Below, piece after piece: positions 9,098 through 15,543 of a stretch of 32,000 nucleotides of DNA (position 1 is its first letter; every line of letters begins with the position of its first letter). The notes under the pieces were generated by a model. The model did not search any database and was not told where the DNA came from. It saw only the letters and a list, made by a program, of their open reading frames with translations. Position numbers and translations under genes: made by a program. Source of the DNA: Desulfobulbus propionicus DSM 2032 (GTDB taxonomy: Bacteria > Desulfobacterota > Desulfobulbia > Desulfobulbales > Desulfobulbaceae); NCBI RefSeq assembly GCF_000186885.1, contig NC_014972.1, positions 2,550,001 through 2,582,000 of the forward strand, in the 5' to 3' direction.

Positions 9098-10231
9098 ATG
9101 GAGGGCATTGCCATGACCCCGCGAATTTATCGCCTCGGCCTTTCCGTCCTGCTGACCGTTTTCTGCATCGCAGCGGATGCCTCCGCAACCCGCATCAAGG
9201 ACCTGGCGGATATCGAAGGCGTGCGCGACAATCAGCTGATGGGATACGGCCTGGTGATCGGCCTCAACGGCACCGGTGACGACATCAAGAAATCGGTGTT
9301 CACCAAGCAGGCCATGATCAACATGATCAAACGCATGGGCATGGCCATCCCCGAGGATGTGTTCAAACAGATGAAAACCGACAACGTGGCCGCGGTCATG
9401 GTCACCGCCCAGCTGCCGCCCTTTGCCCGGCCTGGTTCCGCCATCGACATCCAGGTTTCTTCCATCGGCGACGCCTCCAGCCTTTCCGGGGGCACGCTGC
9501 TTATGACCCCGTTGAAAGGCCCGGACGGCAATACCTATGCCGTGGCCCAAGGGCCGTTGGCGGTCGGCGGCATCGCTTTTGGCGGCAAGGCGGCCAAAGC
9601 GCAGAAGAATTTCCCCACGTCCGGCCACCTCACCGGCGGGGCGATTGTCGAGCGGGCGGTCAATTATGCTTTGCCTCCCTCCGGCGACCTGTTGTACCAG
9701 CTCCGCGACACCGATTTCACCACCGCCTCCCGCATGGCCGAGGCCATAAACGCCCATTTTGGCAGCGGGACGGCCAAACCCATGGATTCCCGCACGGTCA
9801 AGGTCACCAAACCGTCGCGTGTCAAGGGAGATGTCGTGAGCTTTATCTCGGATCTGGAGAGCATCGAAATCGAGCCGGACCGACCGGCAAAGATCGTGGT
9901 CAACGAACGAACCGGCACGATCGTCATGGGGCAGGATGTCCGTATTTCCACGGTGGCGGTTTCGCACGGCAACCTCAATCTGGTGATCTCCGAAGCCACG
10001 GAAGTGTCCCAACCCAACCCGCTGGCCGCCGGCACCACCGTGGCGGCCCCGGCAACGACCATCACCGCGACCGAAGAGGCGGGCAATCTGGTTGTCCTGC
10101 CGATGGGCGTCAATCTGGGTGAAATCGCCAGGGCGCTCAACGCCATCGGCGCCACCCCCCGTGATCTGATCGCCATTTTTCAGGCCATCAAGGCCGCCGG
10201 CGCCCTCCAGGGCGAACTGGTCATCTTATAA
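9098..10231 (+). CDS. flgI: FlgI P-ring protein
   Basis: 377 aa. Signal peptide, then RIKDLADIEGVRDNQLMGYGLVIGLNGTGD and C-terminal LGEIARALNAIGATPRDLIAIFQAIKAAGALQGELVIL. An alternative ATG at 9113 is possible. Confidence 0.95.
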   Translation: MEGIAMTPRIYRLGLSVLLTVFCIAADASATRIKDLADIEGVRDNQLMGYGLVIGLNGTGDDIKKSVFTKQAMINMIKRMGMAIPEDVFKQMKTDNVAAVMVTAQLPPFARPGSAIDIQVSSIGDASSLSGGTLLMTPLKGPDGNTYAVAQGPLAVGGIAFGGKAAKAQKNFPTSGHLTGGAIVERAVNYALPPSGDLLYQLRDTDFTTASRMAEAINAHFGSGTAKPMDSRTVKVTKPSRVKGDVVSFISDLESIEIEPDRPAKIVVNERTGTIVMGQDVRISTVAVSHGNLNLVISEATEVSQPNPLAAGTTVAAPATTITATEEAGNLVVLPMGVNLGEIARALNAIGATPRDLIAIFQAIKAAGALQGELVIL

Positions 10232-10262
10232 CGCATTGTGCACAGCCTTTGAGCGTATCTCC

Positions 10263-10574
10263 ATGAAAACAGGTCTTGACGCGAACCCTCTCCTCGCCGT
10301 TCCCCAATCTCCGGAAACGCAGCATGCACTCAAGGATCGACAGGCGCTGAAAAAATCCTGCCAGGATTTTGAGGCGATCTTCATCCAATCCCTATTCAAG
10401 GCCATGCGCAAGACCGTCCCTGACAACGGCTTGTTTCCACGGGACTCCTCCAGCCGTATGTATCAGGACATGATCGATCAGGAAATCGCCACCAATATCG
10501 CCCGGAAACAGAGTATCGGCCTGGCGGATCAAATGTATCGCCAGATGGAAAAAAAACTGCCCCCTGAAAAATAG
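10263..10574 (+). CDS. flgJ: FlgJ-like rod-binding protein (rod-binding domain only, no glycoside hydrolase domain)
   Basis: About 103 aa from ATG 10263 (the track starts at TTG 10236). ALKKSCQDFEAIFIQSLFKAMRKT and IGLADQMYRQM match the Rod_binding (FlgJ N-terminal) pattern. The ORF ends before any muramidase domain. Confidence 0.8.
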   Translation: MKTGLDANPLLAVPQSPETQHALKDRQALKKSCQDFEAIFIQSLFKAMRKTVPDNGLFPRDSSSRMYQDMIDQEIATNIARKQSIGLADQMYRQMEKKLPPEK

Positions 10575-10575
10575 C

Positions 10576-10618
10576 CGGTGCCTAGACAATTTTTTCTCAT
10601 GGCGCCGTGTGTTTTTTT
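10576..10618 (+). terminator. Possible intrinsic terminator after flgJ
   Basis: CGGTGCC (10576-10582) pairs with GGCGCCG (10601-10607), 7 bp including one G-U. The loop is 18 nt. UGUG then U7 follows (10612-10618). The long loop weakens the call. Confidence 0.4.
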
Positions 10619-10619
10619 G

Positions 10620-10647
10620 TAAAGTTTTTCCCCGCCGAGTCCGATAT
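10620..10647 (+). promoter_or_regulatory. Sigma-28 (FliA)-type promoter for the unknown gene-flgM-flgN unit
   Basis: TAAAGTTT (10620-10627) then TCCGATAT (10640-10647), i.e. TAAA-N16-tCCGATAT versus the consensus TAAA-N15-GCCGATAA/T. The geometry is the same as the promoter at 12076. Confidence 0.7.
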
Positions 10648-10655
10648 ACAAACTA

Positions 10656-10722
10656 ACAGGAAGAAAAATGCCTGTGAGCTTGGGCCAGGATGGCCCATAA
10701 TGGACTGCATGGAGGCAGAAAA
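10656..10722 (+). promoter_or_regulatory. 5' leader with GGA-bearing hairpins (candidate CsrA-binding leader)
   Basis: Hairpin ACAGG(10656-10660)/CCTGT(10671-10675). Perfect hairpin GGGCCA(10682-10687)-GGA(10688-10690)-TGGCCC(10691-10696). Further GGA at 10702-10704 and inside the SD GGAGG (10711-10715), 7 nt upstream of ATG 10723. Confidence 0.35.
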
Positions 10723-11289
10723 ATGGTACAAACAATCAATCAGAACCAGATGCACGGCACGCTTGCGACCTACCAGAGCGCAAGCATCGACATATCCAGG
10801 GTGGCCACCACCAGCATCGACGGCACCAAGGCGAGTACCACGGATACGCTTAACCTGCGACGCGAATCAACCGCTGCCGTTACCTATACCCAATCCATGC
10901 AGCTGACTGCCGCTGACGAATCCCGATACGGGATGTTGCGGGATTTGGTGGCCAACCTGCTGCAGGAACAGGGCGTCAACACCAAGATTGCTGTTGGCAA
11001 CAGCGAAATCGATATTGCGGCCGTCACTCCCGAAGAAGCGCAGGAACTCATCAGCGAAGATGGCTACTTCGGAGTGAAGCAGACATCGGAACGGATTTTC
11101 CAATTCGCCATCGGTGTTGCCGGAGGCGACGCGACACGCATCGATGCCATCAAGCAGGGGATTGACAAGGGATTTGCCGAAGCGAAAAAGGCTTTTGGCG
11201 ACTGGTTGCCCGACATCTCCTACGAAACCTACGATGCGGTGATGCAAAAACTCGATGACTGGGCGGCAGAATCAAAGGCTGTGGCTTGA
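10723..11289 (+). CDS. Uncharacterised flagellar-cluster protein (~188 aa): S/T/Q-rich N-terminus plus a conserved helical C-terminal domain
   Basis: The track ORF begins at ATG 10690, but ATG 10723 has a strong GGAGG SD at the ideal distance. C-terminal block GYFGVKQTSERIFQFAIGVAGGDATRIDAIKQGIDKGFAEAKKAFGDWLPDISYETYDAV resembles a domain of unknown function I recall as DUF5610 (unverified). Located between flgJ and flgM behind a sigma-28 promoter. Confidence 0.7.
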   Translation: MVQTINQNQMHGTLATYQSASIDISRVATTSIDGTKASTTDTLNLRRESTAAVTYTQSMQLTAADESRYGMLRDLVANLLQEQGVNTKIAVGNSEIDIAAVTPEEAQELISEDGYFGVKQTSERIFQFAIGVAGGDATRIDAIKQGIDKGFAEAKKAFGDWLPDISYETYDAVMQKLDDWAAESKAVA

Positions 11290-11344
11290 TATCTTTTCTT
11301 TATAGGTGAACGAGATGACCGTGGAATTTTTTGGAGTACGCAAC

Positions 11345-11602
11345 ATGGGGCAGATAGGCGGTCTCAATAAGTTAGGCCCAGCCGGTGAAACGCAAAAAAC
11401 CTCCAAATCCGAAGGCAAGGGAAATGTGTCCTTCTCGTCGGCCTTGCAGGGCGCGACGGCGACGCTTGCGACCGGCAAGGCCGAGGACGCGGAACGCGCC
11501 GCGCGGGTACAGGAACTGAAGGCCCAGGTGGCCAATGGCCAGTACGAGCCGGATCTGAACAAGGTGGCTTCCAGTCTGCTCAAGTTCCTGGTCGAGGGTT
11601 GA
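11345..11602 (+). CDS. flgM: FlgM anti-sigma-28 factor
   Basis: 85 aa from ATG 11345 (GGAG at 11333-11336). Alternative starts are GTG 11306 and ATG 11315. Gly/Ser/Lys-rich disordered N-terminus. C-terminal RVQELKAQVANGQYEPDLNKVASSLL is the typical FlgM sigma-28-binding helix region. Confidence 0.8.
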   Translation: MGQIGGLNKLGPAGETQKTSKSEGKGNVSFSSALQGATATLATGKAEDAERAARVQELKAQVANGQYEPDLNKVASSLLKFLVEG

Positions 11603-11606
11603 GAAC

Positions 11607-11960
11607 ATGGAACGTGAAACCGTGCGCGCCCTGCTGGTTCAGTTGCGCGAAACCATTCAAGCCGAGCGCGAGCATGCCAAAATGTTGGACCTGGCCTCGA
11701 TGATGGCCGATATCCGGCGCAAGGAGGCGATCATTCTCGCGCTCAACGGCGTAGACACTCTCCACCCCGATGACCAACAGGTTGCCCGGGAGATTCAGCG
11801 GGAAAACCGGCGCAACGCCTTCCTCTTCCGCGCGACCCTCAACTGGATCCAGGACACCATGGAATTCTTTGGCCGCAAGTCGGTTCCAGTCACCTACAAT
11901 CCTTATGGGCGTTCGCAGAATTCCACCATCAACGGCCGTCTGCTTTCCGGCAGAATCTGA
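11607..11960 (+). CDS. flgN: FlgN-like export chaperone (for FlgK/FlgL)
   Basis: 117 aa, helical. ALLVQLRETIQAEREHAKMLDLASMMADIRRKEAIILALNG fits the FlgN pattern loosely. The flgM-flgN-flgK-flgL order is conserved in many bacteria. The call rests mainly on position. Confidence 0.55.
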   Translation: MERETVRALLVQLRETIQAEREHAKMLDLASMMADIRRKEAIILALNGVDTLHPDDQQVAREIQRENRRNAFLFRATLNWIQDTMEFFGRKSVPVTYNPYGRSQNSTINGRLLSGRI

Positions 11961-12002
11961 GCGCCCACTTTCCAGCACCGCCGTCTCCTCTCTGTTCCTC
12001 CA

Positions 12003-12020
12003 TCGCCCGCCGCTGGGCGA
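12003..12020 (+). terminator. Weak hairpin after flgN
   Basis: TCGCCC(12003-12008)-gccgct-GGGCGA(12015-12020). A T5 run begins only about 12 nt later, so termination is uncertain. Confidence 0.3.
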
Positions 12021-12075
12021 CACTTCTGAATTTTTCATTCAAATCAAAATATTACGGCATTTTCTCCGCTCGAGC

Positions 12076-12103
12076 TAAACTCATTTCCCCCTCGTGCCGA
12101 TAG
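12076..12103 (+). promoter_or_regulatory. Sigma-28 (FliA)-type promoter for flgK-flgL
   Basis: TAAACTCA (12076-12083) then GCCGATAG (12096-12103), i.e. TAAA-N16-GCCGATAg. The spacing is identical to the promoter at 10620. Confidence 0.7.
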
Positions 12104-12120
12104 TAATATAACGTAACAAT

Positions 12121-12160
12121 TTGTTGCCAAGAATAGACGATCCTCGCTCCGGGGCAACAA
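12121..12160 (+). promoter_or_regulatory. flgK 5' leader stem-loop
   Basis: TTGTTGCC (12121-12128) pairs perfectly with GGCAACAA (12153-12160), with a 24-nt loop. Begins about 10 nt after the predicted sigma-28 transcription start. Confidence 0.4.
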
Positions 12161-12209
12161 CGCGCTCCTAGCCCGATCGCCCTCGATTCGTCAGAGAAAC
12201 CACAGTGCC

Positions 12210-13607
12210 ATGACCAGCCTTCTCAACGCATTGAATGCCGGCAAAACCAGCCTGCTGACCAATCAGAAATCCATCGAGATCGTCGGCAACAACATCGCCA
12301 ACGTCAACACCGAGGGCTATTCCCGGCAGCGCGCCGAGTTGATGCAGATCCCGGCGGTCAACTTCGGTGATTTTTTTGTTGGCCAAGGGGTGACCGTTTC
12401 CAATGTCAGCCGGGATTACAGTGTGTTCATCAACCGGCAGCTGCAAGAGAAGTCGATTGAATATGGCGAGGAAACAGGAAAATCCGATTCGCTCGCCGAA
12501 CTGGAGCGCATCTTCAACGTCACCGAGGACAATCTTGCCTCGGATATCAACGATTTCTTTGACGCCTGGCAGGAGCTGACCGCCAACCCGAGCGGCCAAG
12601 TGGAACGGGATGTGGTGATCCAACGGGGCAACCTGTTGGGAGAGGCTTTCCGCAGCATCACCGACGAGTTGGACACCGTTGAGCAAAACATGAACACCGC
12701 GATCATCGCCGAGGTTGAATACCTCAATGAAAAAATAGCGGAAATCGCCAAACTGAATGATCGGATCAATCTGGTCGAAATCTCCGGTCAAACGGCCAAC
12801 GCCGCCCGCGATCAACGCGATCTGATCATCAAGGATCTTTCGCAAACCCTTGGCATCCAAACCTATACCGACAATCGCGGGATGCTGTGCGTACAGCTGC
12901 CGGGCGGCATGCCGCTGGTCCAGGGCACCATGGCCTCGACCGTCAAGACGGTCACCGTGGGAACGGATGTCAATCTGCAGCTGGAAACCGTTGGCGTGAC
13001 CCTCGACATCGGTTTGAACAATCTTGGCGGTAAATTCAAAGGGATGTTCGAGATGCGCGATGTCTTTATCGACAACCTGCGCAGCGATCTCAACACCCTG
13101 GCCATAGACCTGACCAGCGCAGTCAACGCGGAACATGTGACCGGATATGGTTCAAACGGCCTGAGCGGCTATCTCTTCTTCAATGATATCAGCGCGCTTC
13201 CTCCCGGAGAGATTGCCAGCCGCAATGTTCTCGTCGCCATTACCGACACCACCCAGGTGGCCGCCGCGGGCAACCCCTCGGCCGCGCCCGGAGACAATGA
13301 AACCGCGCTGCGCATCGCCCAACTGGAAGTAACCCACAAGGTTGGCACGACCAACGACACCTTTGACAATTTCTTCAGCCAGATGGTGGCCACGGTGGGG
13401 ATCGAGGCGGCACGCAACGATTTGGCCCTCCAAGGGGCTCAAGACGCGGCAGTGCAACTGCAAAACCTCCGCGACGGCTATTCCGGAGTCTCCCTGGAAG
13501 AAGAAATGATCGATCTCATCCAATATCAGCGCGGGTTTGAATCCTCGGCCAAGTTTCTCGCCACGGTCGATGAAATGATGAATGCACTCCTTCAGCTCAA
13601 GGGATAA
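12210..13607 (+). CDS. flgK: FlgK hook-filament junction protein (HAP1)
   Basis: 465 aa. N-terminus SLLNALNAGKTSLLTNQKSIEIVGNNIANVNTEGYSRQ and C-terminus GVSLEEEMIDLIQYQRGFESSAKFLATVDEMMNALLQL are canonical FlgK. Confidence 0.95.
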   Translation: MTSLLNALNAGKTSLLTNQKSIEIVGNNIANVNTEGYSRQRAELMQIPAVNFGDFFVGQGVTVSNVSRDYSVFINRQLQEKSIEYGEETGKSDSLAELERIFNVTEDNLASDINDFFDAWQELTANPSGQVERDVVIQRGNLLGEAFRSITDELDTVEQNMNTAIIAEVEYLNEKIAEIAKLNDRINLVEISGQTANAARDQRDLIIKDLSQTLGIQTYTDNRGMLCVQLPGGMPLVQGTMASTVKTVTVGTDVNLQLETVGVTLDIGLNNLGGKFKGMFEMRDVFIDNLRSDLNTLAIDLTSAVNAEHVTGYGSNGLSGYLFFNDISALPPGEIASRNVLVAITDTTQVAAAGNPSAAPGDNETALRIAQLEVTHKVGTTNDTFDNFFSQMVATVGIEAARNDLALQGAQDAAVQLQNLRDGYSGVSLEEEMIDLIQYQRGFESSAKFLATVDEMMNALLQLKG

Positions 13608-13610
13608 GTC

Positions 13611-14579
13611 ATGAAAGCCACACAGGGAACGACCTATCGGATGCTGGGTTCTCGTCTCAACACGGTTGCCACGCAGCTGGAAGAACTGCGCAGCATTGGG
13701 GCCACCGGAAAGAAGCTCAACAACCCCTCGGACGATCCAGCCTCGATCCGCCCGGTGCTCAACACCCGCAAGCAGCTCTCCAATGTTGACCGCTACCTCG
13801 AAACCATGGGCAAGTCCCTGGACACCATGCAGGCCACCGACGGCCATCTTGAGCATGTGGAAAATATCATGCAGCGGGCCAAGGAAATCATGACCAATGC
13901 CATCAACGGCTCTCTCAACGATGCCGATCGATCGGTGCTGGCCGATGAAATCGCCCAGATCCGCAAGGAACTGCTCGACGCGGCCAACGGCATGGTGGGC
14001 GGCAAATACCTCTTTGCCGGCTATGAGGAAGATACTGTTCCCTTTGTGACCAATCCGGCCTACGACCCGGCCCTGTACGACCCAACCGATTCAACCACCT
14101 GGCCCTACCTTTATCAGGGGGATGAAAATTCCACCTCGCTGGAAATCACCACCGGCGAACTCATCCAGGTGAACCTGACCGGCAACGATCTTTTTTTCGG
14201 GACCTCAAGCTGGGACCCGGCAAATCCCAACAGCATCGAACCCGGCCGGTACGATCTGTTTGCCGAACTCACCCAAGCCGAGGAAGCCATCCGCGCCAAC
14301 GATCAGACTGCCATGCAGACCAGTCTCGCCGATCTGGAAGGGGCAGCCGAACAGAATCGGCGGTTGCGTTCCCAACTCGGCAATCGGGCCAGCCGGGTCG
14401 AAACCGCGATGGACTATCAGGAAGGCGTGCGGGTGGATCTCAAACAAATCCTTTCCCGCTACGAGGATGCCGATGCCATCGAGTCCTTCAATGCCATCGT
14501 CCAGCAGGAAACCGCTTTCCAGGCGGCGCTCAACGTCACCGCCAAGGTTTCGCAACTGTCCATCCTCGATTTCATCTAG
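13611..14579 (+). CDS. flgL: FlgL hook-filament junction protein (HAP3)
   Basis: 322 aa. Flagellin-like N-terminus (ATGKKLNNPSDDPASI) and C-terminal coiled region (LGNRASRVETAMDYQEG...AIVQQETAFQAALNVTAKVSQLSILDFI). Follows flgK by 3 nt. Confidence 0.92.
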   Translation: MKATQGTTYRMLGSRLNTVATQLEELRSIGATGKKLNNPSDDPASIRPVLNTRKQLSNVDRYLETMGKSLDTMQATDGHLEHVENIMQRAKEIMTNAINGSLNDADRSVLADEIAQIRKELLDAANGMVGGKYLFAGYEEDTVPFVTNPAYDPALYDPTDSTTWPYLYQGDENSTSLEITTGELIQVNLTGNDLFFGTSSWDPANPNSIEPGRYDLFAELTQAEEAIRANDQTAMQTSLADLEGAAEQNRRLRSQLGNRASRVETAMDYQEGVRVDLKQILSRYEDADAIESFNAIVQQETAFQAALNVTAKVSQLSILDFI

Positions 14580-14602
14580 GCACGCCAACCGATTCAAACT
14601 GC

Positions 14603-14631
14603 TTGCCTTTTTCCTCGTTTTACACGATACT
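14603..14631 (+). promoter_or_regulatory. Possible sigma-70-like promoter for csrA-fliW
   Basis: TTGCCT (14603-14608), a 17-nt spacer, then GATACT (14626-14631). The match is moderate and the call is tentative. Confidence 0.3.
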
Positions 14632-14648
14632 GCCCCTCAAGAATCGTT

Positions 14649-14734
14649 GTTGCCACCCGGTGATCGCTGTTGGATTCCAACCGGACGATCGCCTGTGGCA
14701 ACCTCTTCTTCTCTGTCCCTTTTCTCTTTTTTTC
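14649..14734 (+). promoter_or_regulatory. 54-nt extended hairpin plus 32-nt polypyrimidine tract between flgL and csrA (flgL terminator and/or csrA leader element)
   Basis: GTTGCCAC(14649-14656)/GTGGCAAC(14695-14702), GGTGATCG(14659-14666)/CGATCGCC(14686-14693, one G-U) and GTTGG(14669-14673)/CCAAC(14677-14681) give about 21 bp. GGA sits at the apex (14672-14674) and in an internal loop (14683-14685). Positions 14703-14734 are all pyrimidine except G14715 and end in T7. Confidence 0.5.
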
Positions 14735-14766
14735 GGGCCTGTCCCGAATTGTTTACAGGTGCGATT

Positions 14767-15012
14767 ATGCTGGTGCTGACCAGAAAACCCGGTGAAGGCA
14801 TTATCATCGGGGACAATATTACCATCAAGATCATTGAGATGAAAAGCGGTGGCATTCGCATCGGCATCGAAGCGCCGCGCGACACCAAGATTTACCGTCA
14901 GGAAGTCTTTGACCGCATCCGTCAGGAAAACATTGAAGCAGCGGCCGGTTGGGATATGACCGACCTGGATATCCTCAGTGACAAGCTCGCAGGAAGGACG
15001 TTGAAAAAATGA
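14767..15012 (+). CDS. csrA: CsrA carbon storage / translational regulator (FliW-partnered type with C-terminal extension)
   Basis: 81 aa. MLVLTRKPGEGIIIGDNITIKIIEMKSGGIRIGIEAPRDTKIYRQEVFDRI is near-consensus CsrA. AGGTG SD 5 nt upstream. The 250-aa track ORF (14260-15012) is an artefactual upstream extension. Confidence 0.95.
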   Translation: MLVLTRKPGEGIIIGDNITIKIIEMKSGGIRIGIEAPRDTKIYRQEVFDRIRQENIEAAAGWDMTDLDILSDKLAGRTLKK

Positions 15013-15440
15013 AAACCATCATCACCCGTTTTGGCGAGGTTGAATACGACCCATCTCATGTCATTCATTTCCCGGAAGGATTGATCGGCCTTGATCAGTT
15101 GAAGCGTTTTCTTGTGATGCCCAATAAAAAGCAAGGCCCGCTGTTCTGGATCCAATGCGTCGACGATCCGGCTTTTGCCTTTGTGGTGACCGACCCAACC
15201 AATTTCTTTCTCGACTATGTTGTCCTGCCCGATGAAAACGAGCGGCAAAAACTCGGTATCGACGAAAACGGCACCTGTTTTGTCTTGGCGATCGTCTCTG
15301 TTTCCGAGACCAAAGAGATCACCCTCAATCTTTCCGGTCCGATTCTCTATGCTCCGGAAACCAACAGAGGACTCCAGGTTATTCTTGAGGATCCCCGATA
15401 CGACACCAGAACGCCCCTGCCCAAAATAGACAAACGCTAA
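15009..15440 (+). CDS. fliW: FliW flagellar assembly factor / CsrA antagonist
   Basis: 143 aa. ITRFGEVEYDPSHVIHFPEGLIGLDQLKRFLV...PLFWIQCVDDPAFAFVVTDP...NLSGPILYAPETNRGLQVIL is the canonical FliW pattern. ATGA overlap with the csrA stop. Confidence 0.95.
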   Translation: MKTIITRFGEVEYDPSHVIHFPEGLIGLDQLKRFLVMPNKKQGPLFWIQCVDDPAFAFVVTDPTNFFLDYVVLPDENERQKLGIDENGTCFVLAIVSVSETKEITLNLSGPILYAPETNRGLQVILEDPRYDTRTPLPKIDKR

Positions 15441-15469
15441 TTCGCTGGCTTCTTTCTTGTTTTTCCTGG

Positions 15470-15504
15470 CCTCCGGACGAAAAATCGTCTGGAGGCTTTT
15501 TTTA
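15470..15504 (+). terminator. Rho-independent terminator of csrA-fliW
   Basis: GCCTCCGGACGA (15470-15481), AAAA loop, TCGTCTGGAGGC (15486-15497). The stem is 12 bp with one G-U and is followed by T7 (15498-15504). Confidence 0.85.
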
Positions 15505-15543
15505 TCGCTGTCCCGGCGTGCCGTCCACTCTGGGTGACCGGGA

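Noticed and set aside
10690-10722. ATG 10690 as the start of the unknown flagellar-cluster protein (as in the ORF track)
   Set aside because: This ATG lies inside the GGGCCA-GGA-TGGCCC hairpin and has no spaced SD. ATG 10723 has GGAGG at a 7-nt spacing. The longer form cannot be fully excluded.
14260-15012. 250-aa ORF suggesting an N-terminally extended CsrA
   Set aside because: The upstream 170 codons run through the flgL 3' end, the big hairpin and the polypyrimidine tract, and give a Pro/Ser/Arg-rich nonsense sequence. The canonical CsrA N-terminus MLVLTRK starts at ATG 14767 with its own SD.
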